This document shows positions 20,532-30,509 of a stretch of 64,000 nt of DNA, in pieces (the stretch's first letter is position 1; each line of letters starts with the position of its first letter). The stretch covers positions 32,001-96,000 of the forward strand of contig OY969811.1 in the NCBI GenBank assembly GCA_963703315.1, in the 5' to 3' direction. The notes under the pieces are model-generated. The model made no database searches, was not told the DNA's origin, and saw only the letters and a program-made list of their open reading frames with translations. The DNA is from an uncultured cyanobacterium (GTDB taxonomy: Bacteria; Cyanobacteriota; Cyanobacteriia; Pseudanabaenales; Pseudanabaenaceae). Position numbers and translations under genes: made by a program.

Positions 20532-21050
20532 ATGAAAATTAAGTATCTTGCTTCATTAGCAGCGATCGCACTCTTGAGTACGGGCGTATTTATAGCTTGC
20601 GCCACACCTGAAGTGCCTAAGGACAATGCTGCCAGCACCACAAGCACTGCCGCAGCTAAACCTGATCCTTATGCTGTAAAATCTGCCTCTGCCGCCTCTA
20701 TTGGTGGACCTCTTGCTCAAAAGTTGCAAGGCAAACCCGTTGTGGTTGATGTTTATGCGAGTTGGTGTTCAAAATGTCAAAACATTGCCCCAACTGTCTC
20801 TGAACTAAAGAAACAATACGATGGCAAAGTTGAATTTGTGGTACTAGATGTAACGGATAGAACCACTACGGCGGCGGCGGAAGCTAACGCTCAGGAGCTA
20901 GGACTGAGCAAGTTTTTGGCAGAGAATAAAACCCAAACTGGTTCGCTCACAATTGTTGATCCAGCCACAGGCAAGATCTTGGCGCAATATCGTAATAATC
21001 CTGACAAAATGGCTTACAGCAAAGTTTTGGATGCTGCTCTAATTAGATAA
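20532..21050 (+). CDS. Thioredoxin-family lipoprotein (copy 2)
   Basis: Lipobox-like FIAC, DVYASWCSKCQ; close paralog of the previous gene. Confidence 0.8.
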   Translation: MKIKYLASLAAIALLSTGVFIACATPEVPKDNAASTTSTAAAKPDPYAVKSASAASIGGPLAQKLQGKPVVVDVYASWCSKCQNIAPTVSELKKQYDGKVEFVVLDVTDRTTTAAAEANAQELGLSKFLAENKTQTGSLTIVDPATGKILAQYRNNPDKMAYSKVLDAALIR

Positions 21051-21175
21051 TTTCAAAACTGTTCATTCACTTACAGCGTTTTGCGTTGACTTCAAAACTC
21101 TCTCTGGACTACTCAAAGCCTTCGTAAGTTGTAAATGGATGGAAAGTTTTTCATCTTTCGTATGAGAATATTTGC

Positions 21176-22042
21176 ATGAACAACCTTCACAAGCCCGATC
21201 TCGACAGTACCCTAGCTACGGCAACCAAAAAGACTAGCCCTAAAATTCCTAAAAAATGGTTTGTTTTTGGAGGATTAGCACTTCTGGGTTTTGCACTCGC
21301 CCTATTGATTACGGGACCAGTATCCCAAGCACTAGAATATGCCATCTCTGTTGTGGAAAATCGCTATCAGGAATGGTTCGATCAACAAGATACAGCTAAT
21401 CCATTGGTACTAATGCCTCTCGCATTTACTGGTGGCTTGATCGCTAGCATTTCTCCCTGCATTCTGGCGATGCTACCGATTAATTTGAGTTATATCGGCA
21501 CGCGCAACATTACTTCTCGTAAAGATGCTTTTATCAAAGCGGGAATGTTTGTGCTTGGCAATGTGATTGTTCTTAGTCTATTTGGATTAGTTTCTTCCTT
21601 CGCAGGATTAGTAATTGTGGAATATCGTGGTCACATTAATGTGGTTGTCGGAGCGATTATTTTAATCATGGGACTCGGTTTGTTGGGCTTGATTAAGATT
21701 CCATTACCTCGAATTAATGTTGGTGGAACTAATTTTGGTCCTTTTGGCGTTGGTTTAACCTACGCCTTGGTTAGTTCTCCTTGTGCAAGCCCTGTCCTGT
21801 TTGCAGTGCTTGCGGCTTCGGCGGCAAGTGGTTCGCAAGTTCTATCGGTGCTGACGATGGTAAGTTATGCTTTGGGCTACACGATCATCATCTTTTTATC
21901 TAGTCTGCTGACTGGTTTTGCCAAGCAAGCGAAGCTACTGCTGAAATACTCAGAAGGAATTACCAAGTTTGGAAGTATTGCGCTGATTTTAGCAGGAATT
22001 TACTATCTGTTTATAGGGATAAAGTGGTTTATTGGCGTTTAA
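21176..22042 (+). CDS. CcdA/DsbD-family membrane thiol-disulfide transporter
   Basis: GGLIASISPCILAMLP and SSPCASPVL Cys motifs, multiple TM segments. Confidence 0.82.
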   Translation: MNNLHKPDLDSTLATATKKTSPKIPKKWFVFGGLALLGFALALLITGPVSQALEYAISVVENRYQEWFDQQDTANPLVLMPLAFTGGLIASISPCILAMLPINLSYIGTRNITSRKDAFIKAGMFVLGNVIVLSLFGLVSSFAGLVIVEYRGHINVVVGAIILIMGLGLLGLIKIPLPRINVGGTNFGPFGVGLTYALVSSPCASPVLFAVLAASAASGSQVLSVLTMVSYALGYTIIIFLSSLLTGFAKQAKLLLKYSEGITKFGSIALILAGIYYLFIGIKWFIGV

Positions 22043-22118
22043 GTTCTATTAAAACCAACCATAAGCAAAGCTCTAAAAGTGCTTCTGAGTAACGCTTTTA
22101 GAGGCTTGCTTGATAGCT

Positions 22119-22799
22119 CTATCCTTGACTGCGTAAAACGTAGCCCACGCCGCGCACTGTATGTAATAACCGTTTAGAATTATGAACTTCTAATTTGATG
22201 CGTAAAGCCCGAATATAGACTTCAATAATATTTGACTCGCCCATAAAGTCATAGCCCCAAACCGATTCGAGGATCTGGTCACGGGTTAAGACTTGCTGGG
22301 GATGGCGCAGCATAAATTCTAATAAATCAAATTCTTTAGCGGTCAGATCGACCCTCTGCCCCGCCCGATGGACTTCGCGAGAAGTGTGTCTTAAAGTAAT
22401 ATCTTCAAACTGCAAATTGTCGATCGCTTCGGGATACATTCGCCGCATTCTTGCATTGATTCGGGCGAGTAATTCCTCAATGCTGAAGGGCTTCGTGAGA
22501 TAGTCATCGGCTCCTGCATTTAAACCAGTGACGCGATCGCAAATTTCATCCTTAGCTGTCAGCATAATGATCGGCACTCGTACCCCCGTTTTGCGTAACC
22601 TTGTGCAGATATCTAATCCCGATATTTCAGGTAACATCCAATCCAAAATCACTAGATCGGGCTGTGTATCACGGGCTAGTTGTAAACCGTCTAAGCCAGT
22701 CATCGCCACAGTTATCTGATAGCCTTCTAAACCAAGTTCCATTTCAATAAATTTCGATAACTTGGGGTCATCTTCAATCAGCAGAATGCGATTATTCAT
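22119..22799 (-). CDS. OmpR-family response regulator
   Basis: ILLIEDD, LDWMLP, MLTAK, GADDYLTKPF, winged-helix HTVRGVGY; ATGA overlap with the kinase stop. Confidence 0.9.
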   Translation of the reverse strand: MNNRILLIEDDPKLSKFIEMELGLEGYQITVAMTGLDGLQLARDTQPDLVILDWMLPEISGLDICTRLRKTGVRVPIIMLTAKDEICDRVTGLNAGADDYLTKPFSIEELLARINARMRRMYPEAIDNLQFEDITLRHTSREVHRAGQRVDLTAKEFDLLEFMLRHPQQVLTRDQILESVWGYDFMGESNIIEVYIRALRIKLEVHNSKRLLHTVRGVGYVLRSQG

Positions 22800-24235
22800 C
22801 GTTGCGGATTCCATAGCGGTAAACTGATTGTAAAAATACTACCCTCATTTGGTTTGGACATGAGGCTGATTTTGCCATTCATGCCTTCCACTAAGCTCTT
22901 GGCGATCGCTAAGCCCAGTCCAGTACCATCGCGGGAACGAGTGGAAGGATCGTCACTGCGATAAAAACGCTCAAACACTCGCTGTTGATGGGCAAGGGCA
23001 ATGCCAATACCGCGATCGCACACATGGATCATCGCTTGATCTTCTTTAGTTTCTAGTTGAATTTCTACTGGATCGGCGGAATATTTAATCGCATTATCCA
23101 CTAAATTAATCAAAACCTGTTGCAACCGATCTTGGTCTGCCAGAGCCACGATATCTTGATTTAGAGTTGTGGCTGTGACTGAGCGATCGCTAACTTTGGC
23201 ACTCATCGCCGCCACTTCCGTAACTAAGGTATTTAAAAAAACAGGAGCTTGCCGAAAATGCAAATTACCACTATCGGCTCTTGCCAGATCTAACAAATCT
23301 TGGAGCATCTGGATCGTGCGCTCGGTTTCTGCACTGGCGGTTGCGATCGCTTGTTTCTGGTAAATGCTGAGGTTATCGCCACGACGTAGCAAGCTTTGCA
23401 AATAGCCGCCGATCACGGTTAGAGGTGTGCGTAATTCATGGGATACATTACCGACAAATTGACGCTGCTGCTCCCAAGCACTCGACAATCTCTGGAGCAT
23501 TTCATTAAAAGTCTGCGCCAATCCCAAAATCTCATCAGGAGCCTTGGCTAGTTCCAATTTAGCGGCACTAAGATCATCAATGGAAATCAGACTTGCCATC
23601 TGACTCATTTCTTGCAAAGGCGAAAGGGCTTTGCGAATCCGCAGGGCAATCGCCACAATCAAGATCATCGTTGCGCTAATACTAACGATGATCAATCCAT
23701 AAATTCCATTATTTAACTGCAATTGGTCTTTGGTAATATCTTGAGAGAGATAAACTTTACCAACTATTTTGCCATTGACAGTTAGAGCGTTGCCACACAT
23801 CACCACATAGCGATCGCTGATTTGGATCACCTGTGGCGTGGTTGGGACTTCAGAATCGCCAATATTTTGTAAGTCTGCGGCTAGGTCATAATCATTCGCG
23901 GATTTGGCAAGAATTTCACCATTTTCATCCTTGACGAGAATCCCTAATCTTGAAGTGGAAACTTTATTTAATGTGCGTTCTATTCCTGCTTTAATGCCCC
24001 CAGTTTCCATATACATTTCTACTTGATCGGGAAACCGCATCGCCACATATTCCAGAATTTGCTTGTGACTATTTACTACTGTCTGCTCCATCCGCCAACC
24101 CGCCCAAACCGTCACCCCCGTTAAGCTAATTACCGAAAGCGCAATCAATTCTACGGTCAAACGAAACTGAAGTGAGTTTGGGGAAACTCGCTTACCAAAT
24201 ATATTCGCGATCGCAGTTCTAATTGATTTATACAT
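22796..24235 (-). CDS. HAMP-domain sensor histidine kinase
   Basis: Two TM segments, HAMP, VSHELRTPL, NLVDNAIKY, DRGIGI, GTGLGL. Confidence 0.9.
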   Translation of the reverse strand: MYKSIRTAIANIFGKRVSPNSLQFRLTVELIALSVISLTGVTVWAGWRMEQTVVNSHKQILEYVAMRFPDQVEMYMETGGIKAGIERTLNKVSTSRLGILVKDENGEILAKSANDYDLAADLQNIGDSEVPTTPQVIQISDRYVVMCGNALTVNGKIVGKVYLSQDITKDQLQLNNGIYGLIIVSISATMILIVAIALRIRKALSPLQEMSQMASLISIDDLSAAKLELAKAPDEILGLAQTFNEMLQRLSSAWEQQRQFVGNVSHELRTPLTVIGGYLQSLLRRGDNLSIYQKQAIATASAETERTIQMLQDLLDLARADSGNLHFRQAPVFLNTLVTEVAAMSAKVSDRSVTATTLNQDIVALADQDRLQQVLINLVDNAIKYSADPVEIQLETKEDQAMIHVCDRGIGIALAHQQRVFERFYRSDDPSTRSRDGTGLGLAIAKSLVEGMNGKISLMSKPNEGSIFTISLPLWNPQR

Positions 24236-24280
24236 TTATTTCATGGGTTCGGTAGTGACGCGAAGCGTCACCGCCGAATA

Positions 24281-24949
24281 TTAAAAAATTTTAGCGGTGT
24301 GCTGCTCTACATCAAACTCAAAACGTTGGCTATAGTCAGTTATGCCATAGATATTAAAACTAATCGTGGGTTCATCACCGATCGCTTCAACCTGATGAAT
24401 TGCCTCAGGCATCAGACAGAGAATATCGCCAGATGTAAGGATATGCTCTCCTGTTTTGACAATGCGATCGGGAAATTCAGCACTAGGCGATCGCTGCCAA
24501 AATGTATTCTTCTCCTCGCCATCAATCAGCGCCACAATTCCCCAAGTGGCATGATTATGAACCGATGAAACACGCTGCGGCGACCAAGCGACGGTCTGCA
24601 CCGTTAGCGCAAAATCTGGCTCATCATACATCATCTGCACCGACCAACCCGTTTCGCGATCGGGCATTGCAAAACTAGTCAAAATCCATTCTGATTCATT
24701 GAGTAAGCGGCGCACTAATGGGCAGATTTTTTGCAATCGTAGGCGATCATCTGATTCTTGCCAGATGATATTCTCGACATCCGTAAGAAATCGATAGAGT
24801 CGATAGGGGATGGGATATTTTTTTGTGAATGAATCTTCTGGCAGATCTTCCTGCATAGATGCAAGGGGAATACATTGGCTTTCATTAGTAACTAACCAGT
24901 CTTGAGCGATCGCTTGCTTTGATTCTGTTGATTGCACTGGATTTTCCAT
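24281..24949 (-). CDS. Cupin / cysteine dioxygenase-like protein
   Basis: VHNHATWG ... GEEKN ... AIHQV ... FNIYG cupin motifs. Confidence 0.72.
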   Translation of the reverse strand: MENPVQSTESKQAIAQDWLVTNESQCIPLASMQEDLPEDSFTKKYPIPYRLYRFLTDVENIIWQESDDRLRLQKICPLVRRLLNESEWILTSFAMPDRETGWSVQMMYDEPDFALTVQTVAWSPQRVSSVHNHATWGIVALIDGEEKNTFWQRSPSAEFPDRIVKTGEHILTSGDILCLMPEAIHQVEAIGDEPTISFNIYGITDYSQRFEFDVEQHTAKIF

Positions 24950-25161
24950 CCTTGAATGAAAGCCGCTATAGCCTGAAATATGGATTTGTTCTAGTCTAGA
25001 GCTAGTTTGAAGGTTACAGATGAGTAGTAAGTGACTCTAAGATAAATTTTTGATGAGGAGATTATATTCAGACATTTAATTTCATCGTGGTCACTTTTTG
25101 ATGGGTTTTGATTGTAGCGATCGCGCGTTGTGGATATTGAGTTGAGGAGCGATTGCACACC

Positions 25162-26595
25162 TTAAAAATCAGACAAGAGATTAGCTCCCAGAATATAAGC
25201 ATAGAGACTAGATGGACAAAATTCAAATCCTACCCCTTTATATTGAATGCCTCTATCTGAGATAGTTTGACTAGTTACCAAAATTGGCTGAGATATATTG
25301 AGATGCTTATTTACAAATTCAACGCAATTATCTAGTTCTGCAAGGGTTCTGTAAGGGCGATCGCTCCACTTCACTTCAACAATCCAAGAGGGTAATTGAT
25401 TAACCTTATCTAAGTGAACGATATCAACCTCCCCCGACTTCCATCGTGCATAATAAAGTTCAGTAATTTCACTGTGCTGCCATTGACTAAAAATTGCAGT
25501 TTCAGTCATAGCTCCCATAGCTTCGGAATTTGCATCAATTTGTCCAAACAAAGCAGCTCTCATGGATGGATTGGTCAAGTAGACTTTGAAACACATCGCT
25601 CTCTTAAATCTTTTAGCATTGTTGTCTATGCGCTCAACTCGCCGAATTAGGAAGGCAGCCTCAAGATATTCGAGATAACGCTTGATCGTGTTTTTAGCAA
25701 CACCAGAGGATTTAGATAATCCATCTAGACTTACTTCATTCCCAGAGTTATAAGCTAGTGTTGTAAACAGTCTATTTAATTCTTGAATATCATTGATACC
25801 ATAAAGACTTGGCAAATCTCGAAGTAATACCTTATCGATAATGTCACTTTTGATATACTGACTGGGGTTTTGCCTGATAGTTTCTGAAAAAACAGCCTCT
25901 GGATAGCCACCAAAGTTTAAGTAGTTTATGAACTCTTCATTGAGCGCTTTGATATTTGTAACAGAATATTCATTTTTCTCTAAATCAAAATCTTCAACTG
26001 GTGTGAACTTTATCAGTTCAGATTCTCTACCAATAAACATTAAGTACTCAGCAAAAGTTAGTGGTGGTAGAACATAATCGCTAAAGCGACCAGCACCAGA
26101 CTCATTACTCTTGAGTCTTAATGCTGCTGCCGCAGAACCTGTGGCAATAAAGCGATAGTCGGCATAGGAGTCAACTAGAGATTTGAGATGTACTTCCCAG
26201 TTACGCAAATACTGAATTTCGTCAAAGAAGACAAACAATTTTGCATTGCGTTTATGTTCAAAAAGTTTCTGAAAATAATTAAGTATCCTTTCTAGATGTA
26301 ATCCTGTATAGATTGGAGTTTCAAGGGAAATGTATAAAATATTTGTTGCTTCTACACCAGAGTCTAAGAGTTCGCGAATGGTGTGATAAACCATAACAGT
26401 TTTACCAACACGCCTTGGTCCCATTAAAACGATCGCTCGACGAACATTTGAGTCCAAAATATTTTTATAAAAAGTCTCGAAGTACTTACGTCGAGGTGTA
26501 TTTTCGTAAGTTATTTTTCCTTCTTTACCTTGTTCCCACCAAGGGTTATCAAACCGAAGTCGGGACAAAATATCTGCTTCTGAAATTTCAAGCAT
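25162..26595 (-). CDS. AAA_14 ATPase with DUF4143-type C-terminal region
   Basis: GPRRVGKT, FFDEIQY, ATGSA, FGGYPE, EVDIV...VEVKW. Confidence 0.82.
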   Translation of the reverse strand: MLEISEADILSRLRFDNPWWEQGKEGKITYENTPRRKYFETFYKNILDSNVRRAIVLMGPRRVGKTVMVYHTIRELLDSGVEATNILYISLETPIYTGLHLERILNYFQKLFEHKRNAKLFVFFDEIQYLRNWEVHLKSLVDSYADYRFIATGSAAAALRLKSNESGAGRFSDYVLPPLTFAEYLMFIGRESELIKFTPVEDFDLEKNEYSVTNIKALNEEFINYLNFGGYPEAVFSETIRQNPSQYIKSDIIDKVLLRDLPSLYGINDIQELNRLFTTLAYNSGNEVSLDGLSKSSGVAKNTIKRYLEYLEAAFLIRRVERIDNNAKRFKRAMCFKVYLTNPSMRAALFGQIDANSEAMGAMTETAIFSQWQHSEITELYYARWKSGEVDIVHLDKVNQLPSWIVEVKWSDRPYRTLAELDNCVEFVNKHLNISQPILVTSQTISDRGIQYKGVGFEFCPSSLYAYILGANLLSDF

Positions 26596-26788
26596 AGATT
26601 TTAAATAAGATTAGTTAACTAATCTTATTTTATCTTGATTTTGCAATCAAGGTCAATCAACTAATCTTATTTTTTGTTTTGTAAGTGTAGCGATCGCAGT
26701 ATGTAGAAATTTAAATGTGAAGAAATCGCCTTACAGCATCTAAAAATTCAAGCTAAAATCGTGACGTTAAGCTGTGAGTCTCCAAGCC

Positions 26789-27361
26789 ATGATCCAAACT
26801 TTAACTGAGGGCGATCGCGAACATATTGTTAGGCAGTTCGTAACATGGGAGCAGTTCCAAGTCTTAGAATCTGCTTTTGCGGATATTGATGGTGTGCGCC
26901 TGATTTATTGTGAGGGAGTTTTAGAGATTGTGGGTATTGGACGACCTCACGAAATGATCCGTACTTTGCTTGGTGCGTTGTTAGGGCAATATTTCATGCT
27001 CAAGCGCATTCGTTTTGTATCTACTGGCTCATATACGCAGTCCTTGCAAGGACGTACCAAGTTTCAGGCAGATTTATCCTATAACTTTGATACGGAGAAA
27101 GAGATTTCGGATTTGTGTATTGAGGTGGTGGTGACGAGTGGGAATGTCGCTAAGCTCAGAAAATATCAATTGCTAGAGGTTCCTGAAGTTTGGGTTTGGG
27201 AAGAAGGGAAGATTAGTATTTTTTGCTTTCAGGATGGGGATTATGTGCAGAGTTCCCATAGCTTATGTTTGCCTGATTTGGATATTGAGCATTTGGAGCA
27301 ATGTCTATTAATGGATTCTCAGTTAGATGCGATGTTGGCTTTGGGTGATAGATACAAATAG
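26789..27361 (+). CDS. Uma2 (DUF820) family protein
   Basis: VTWEQF, QADLSY, DLCIEVVVTSG, YQLLEVPEVWVW. Confidence 0.82.
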   Translation: MIQTLTEGDREHIVRQFVTWEQFQVLESAFADIDGVRLIYCEGVLEIVGIGRPHEMIRTLLGALLGQYFMLKRIRFVSTGSYTQSLQGRTKFQADLSYNFDTEKEISDLCIEVVVTSGNVAKLRKYQLLEVPEVWVWEEGKISIFCFQDGDYVQSSHSLCLPDLDIEHLEQCLLMDSQLDAMLALGDRYK

Positions 27362-27371
27362 GTTGGTTTTT

Positions 27372-27704
27372 ATGGATTCAGAAGTGCAACAATTTGAGCG
27401 TGTTTGTGTGTTGCTTGAGAAAGATATTGTTGAGGCGCTAAGGGTTGCTAATTCTACGCTCAAAAGCAAAAAATATTTTCAGGATTTGCTGGAAAGAGGG
27501 TTGGAGGTTGCTGATGCTAGTGAGATTGAGGTTTGGCTAAGGTATCTGGTTCCTTGGTTGGGAATGCGATATGTGATCAATGTGCTTGAGGGTAAGTTAA
27601 TTGAGAAACCGCAACAGGTGAAGAAGGCTATGTATTGGTTGCCAAAGTTTTTAAACAGGGCAAATGAAAAGGAGAAAAGTTTATTCAGAAATCTGAAAAA
27701 TTAA
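27372..27704 (+). CDS. Hypothetical protein
   Basis: ATG 11 nt after the Uma2 stop; 110 aa. Confidence 0.55.
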   Translation: MDSEVQQFERVCVLLEKDIVEALRVANSTLKSKKYFQDLLERGLEVADASEIEVWLRYLVPWLGMRYVINVLEGKLIEKPQQVKKAMYWLPKFLNRANEKEKSLFRNLKN

Positions 27705-27809
27705 ACGCTATGAGAACAATATAGATCTGTGATCACTTTTGATAAAGCATACAAATCCCCCTTTTTTCAATTCGCAATCTAAAATATTAGTAGTATAAAT
27801 AATAGTCTT

Positions 27810-29234
27810 ATGCCACAAAAAATAAGTGAAGTCTTTGGGATTCTTGATGACGATCTAAAAAAAGAAGGCGTATTTAATGGATTTATAGATTTCGATTCAA
27901 AGTTCTATGTTGATCCACACCTTCTTGGCATTACAAAAATTCCAGAACTTGAAAACTCTTATGGAGACTTTAAAAATCATTTTGCACAAATCGTTCACAT
28001 TTTAGAGAAAGCAAAAAGCACTGATGATATATTCTTTCGTGCTGCACACAAACGACTAATATTTCCAGAATCACAATTTGTATCTTTGGGCTATTCTACA
28101 GAAGGAAATTCAGGTAGTGGTATTGGGGAAAAAATAGCTTTAGGATTAACAAAAACAGCTTGGGAAATCATTAAGGTAGGTATATCTGATCCAGTCATCT
28201 TTGAGTTGGTAGGACTTATTGAAGAAAATATTGGCGCAGATCGAGTCAGTGATATGGCGATCCATGTCATTATCTTAGACTTGCTAGCTTATTCAGAGCG
28301 TGTTGCAAAAAATCTAAATCTAAACACAATAAAGGTTAAAGAACAAGGTAAAGAATTCTTACTCCCTGCAATTCCAAATAGTAATCATCCAACTGTGTTT
28401 ATCCCTAGTGAGATTCTTACAGATCTTCCTGTAGCAAATGGAGCGGGTGATATTGATCGTGTTTGCTCTCACAATGAAGATTTACGTAACCGTGTTAATG
28501 AAATTATTGGAGATTCGTTTAAGGATTCTAAAGGGAAGCCTCGGAGACCTTCAAAGCGAGAGTTGAAATATTTGCTTTTGCATAATCCTGAACTCTTACG
28601 AGAATTGGTTGAACAATACAAGAGAAATCCTGCTGAAAAATACGATTTTGATAAAGATCCATCAGGACAGATTATCTGGCACGATATTGCAAAAGATTTT
28701 GCAAACCGCTATCCCATTTCACTAGAGGTAGAGAAAGTAACTCCCGACAATATACTTCAAGTGGTTCTACAAATATGTAAGCATTTCAAAGTTTTAGTTG
28801 AGGATAATGGCTTATCTATACATTTATGGAATGACTCAGAGAATTTAAGAAATGAACGTTATGCACAGATGCTATTTTTTGGTATTGCAGATGCTTATTG
28901 CAAAGCTCATAATCTAGATTTAAATAGAGAACCGAACGCAGGAAGAGGTCCAGTTGACTTCAAAATTTCTAGTGGCTATACCTCACGAGTCAATGTCGAA
29001 ATTAAGTACACCTCAAATAACATTAAGTCAGGTTATGAGAAACAACTTCCCATATACAATGCTGCTGAACGTGCGGAACACAGCATTTTTTTAATTATTA
29101 AAACAACTGATACTTTCAAAGCTTTAGAGGAACTAATTAAATTTAGGCAAAATGAGGTGGCTTCTGGGAAGAGAATGCCAGAAATAGTTGTTGTAGACGG
29201 TAGGATTTTTCCTTCTGCAAGTAAAGTTAGATAG
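27810..29234 (+). CDS. Hypothetical protein with C-terminal PD-(D/E)xK-like nuclease motif
   Basis: 474-aa AT-rich ORF; REPNAGRGPVDFKIS...VNVEIK resembles a restriction-endonuclease-fold active site. Confidence 0.65.
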   Translation: MPQKISEVFGILDDDLKKEGVFNGFIDFDSKFYVDPHLLGITKIPELENSYGDFKNHFAQIVHILEKAKSTDDIFFRAAHKRLIFPESQFVSLGYSTEGNSGSGIGEKIALGLTKTAWEIIKVGISDPVIFELVGLIEENIGADRVSDMAIHVIILDLLAYSERVAKNLNLNTIKVKEQGKEFLLPAIPNSNHPTVFIPSEILTDLPVANGAGDIDRVCSHNEDLRNRVNEIIGDSFKDSKGKPRRPSKRELKYLLLHNPELLRELVEQYKRNPAEKYDFDKDPSGQIIWHDIAKDFANRYPISLEVEKVTPDNILQVVLQICKHFKVLVEDNGLSIHLWNDSENLRNERYAQMLFFGIADAYCKAHNLDLNREPNAGRGPVDFKISSGYTSRVNVEIKYTSNNIKSGYEKQLPIYNAAERAEHSIFLIIKTTDTFKALEELIKFRQNEVASGKRMPEIVVVDGRIFPSASKVR

Positions 29235-29269
29235 TTTCAGAAAATACATTTACAGAGATTAGATTTAGG

Positions 29270-29410
29270 GGCGATCGCTTTTTAATTGGTTGTGATTTAG
29301 GCGATCGCGGGTGGTTGAGATTGGGTTGAGAGGCGATCGCGGGTTGATGGGTTGTGATTTAGGCGATCGCTGGTTGTTGAGATTGAGTTGGGGGGCGATC
29401 GCGGGTTGTT
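29270..29410. repeat. Tandem HIP1-anchored ~31-bp repeat array (five GCGATCGC at 30/32-bp spacing)
   Basis: HIP1 at 29271, 29301, 29333, 29363, 29395 with alternating similar G/T-rich spacers. Confidence 0.88.
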
Positions 29411-29465
29411 TTGAATTAGATAGACGATAAATTTGTTAATATTTAGTAACTAACCGCGAAAAATC

Positions 29466-29666
29466 ATGACAAAAATAGAGCTAATAGAAAAGCAAATTGC
29501 TGATCTTGACTATGACTCATTTGCACAATTGCGTGAATGGTTTATTGAATTCGATCAATCCATTTGGGATAAAAAACTCGAATCAGATTCTAATTCTGGC
29601 AAACTTGACTTCCTGATTAATGCTGCACTTGCCGAACATCAATCGGGAGAAACGACAGATCTGTGA
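29466..29666 (+). CDS. Putative antitoxin
   Basis: 66 aa (WDKKLESDSNSGKLDFL); GTGA overlap with the toxin gene. Confidence 0.65.
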   Translation: MTKIELIEKQIADLDYDSFAQLREWFIEFDQSIWDKKLESDSNSGKLDFLINAALAEHQSGETTDL

Positions 29667-29917
29667 AGCATAAAACAGCATCTAGCTTTTGGAAATATTA
29701 CGAGCATCTACCAGTAGACATTCGCGACCTTGCTGATAAAAACTTTCAGCTATTGAAAGATAATTCTTCGCATCCATCCTTACAGTTTAAAAAAGTTGGG
29801 AAAGTATGGTCTGTAAGAGTTGGTTCTAATTACCGAGCGATCGCTACCCAGATTGAAGAAGGATATTTATGGATTTGGATAGGCACTCATGCCGAATATG
29901 ATAAATTGCTGAGATAG
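29663..29917 (+). CDS. RelE/ParE-superfamily toxin
   Basis: FWKYYEHLP, HPSLQFKKV, WSVRVGSNYRA, WIWIGTHAEYD. Confidence 0.8.
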   Translation: MKHKTASSFWKYYEHLPVDIRDLADKNFQLLKDNSSHPSLQFKKVGKVWSVRVGSNYRAIATQIEEGYLWIWIGTHAEYDKLLR

Positions 29918-29926
29918 GTGCTAAAT

Positions 29927-30175
29927 ATGTTAACAAGTTCAGTAAAACTTTTAGATGTCGTAGCTCTGACTATCGATCTTCCCCAAGATAATCTATGGCG
30001 TGGACAGGTTGGCACAGTTGTTGAAATACTTGCCAATGGTCAAGCCTTTGAAGTCGAATTTAGCGATCGCAATGGGCGTACATACGAATCTCTAGGATTA
30101 ACTTCAGAAGAATTTATGATCCTACGTTTCGAGCCAACATTACCTAATCCAAAAGCTCCATTAGTCACAGCATAA
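29927..30175 (+). CDS. DUF4926 domain protein
   Basis: LLDVVALTIDLP...GQVGTVVE...AFEVEFSD..GRTY. Confidence 0.8.
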   Translation: MLTSSVKLLDVVALTIDLPQDNLWRGQVGTVVEILANGQAFEVEFSDRNGRTYESLGLTSEEFMILRFEPTLPNPKAPLVTA

Positions 30176-30305
30176 TCTCAGTAGAAATTGCTAGTATTTG
30201 AGGCGATCGCTGGTTGTTGAGATTGATTTGAGAGGCGATCGCTTGTAGCCATCACAACTATAGAAACTGGTATAATCCAAGAGTCAGTTTTAGCAAATTC
30301 GAGCC

Positions 30306-30509
30306 ATGTTGTTTGATTGGGATGAGGAAAAAGCCAAAAGCAATCTTGCTAAGCATGGAATCTCTTTCGATGAAGCCACTTCTGTATTTGACGATCCGTT
30401 ATTTTTAACCTTTGCTGATCCAGAACATTCCGTGCAGGAACAACGTTTTCTTATTATGGGAGAATCAGCCAGTCGCAAAGAACGTAAAGCATATGAATCA
30501 GGACTTTGA
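30306..30509 (+). pseudogene. BrnT-family toxin with apparent internal in-frame deletion
   Basis: FDWDEEKAKSNLAKHGISFDEA...EQRFLIMGES joined directly to ASRKERKAYE; the usual LLVVV...IRIISAR segment is absent. Confidence 0.7.

Noticed and set aside
29270..29410. Possible CRISPR array
   Set aside because: The constant part is only ~9 bp (GGCGATCGC), the spacers resemble each other, the period is ~31 bp, and no cas genes are in the window
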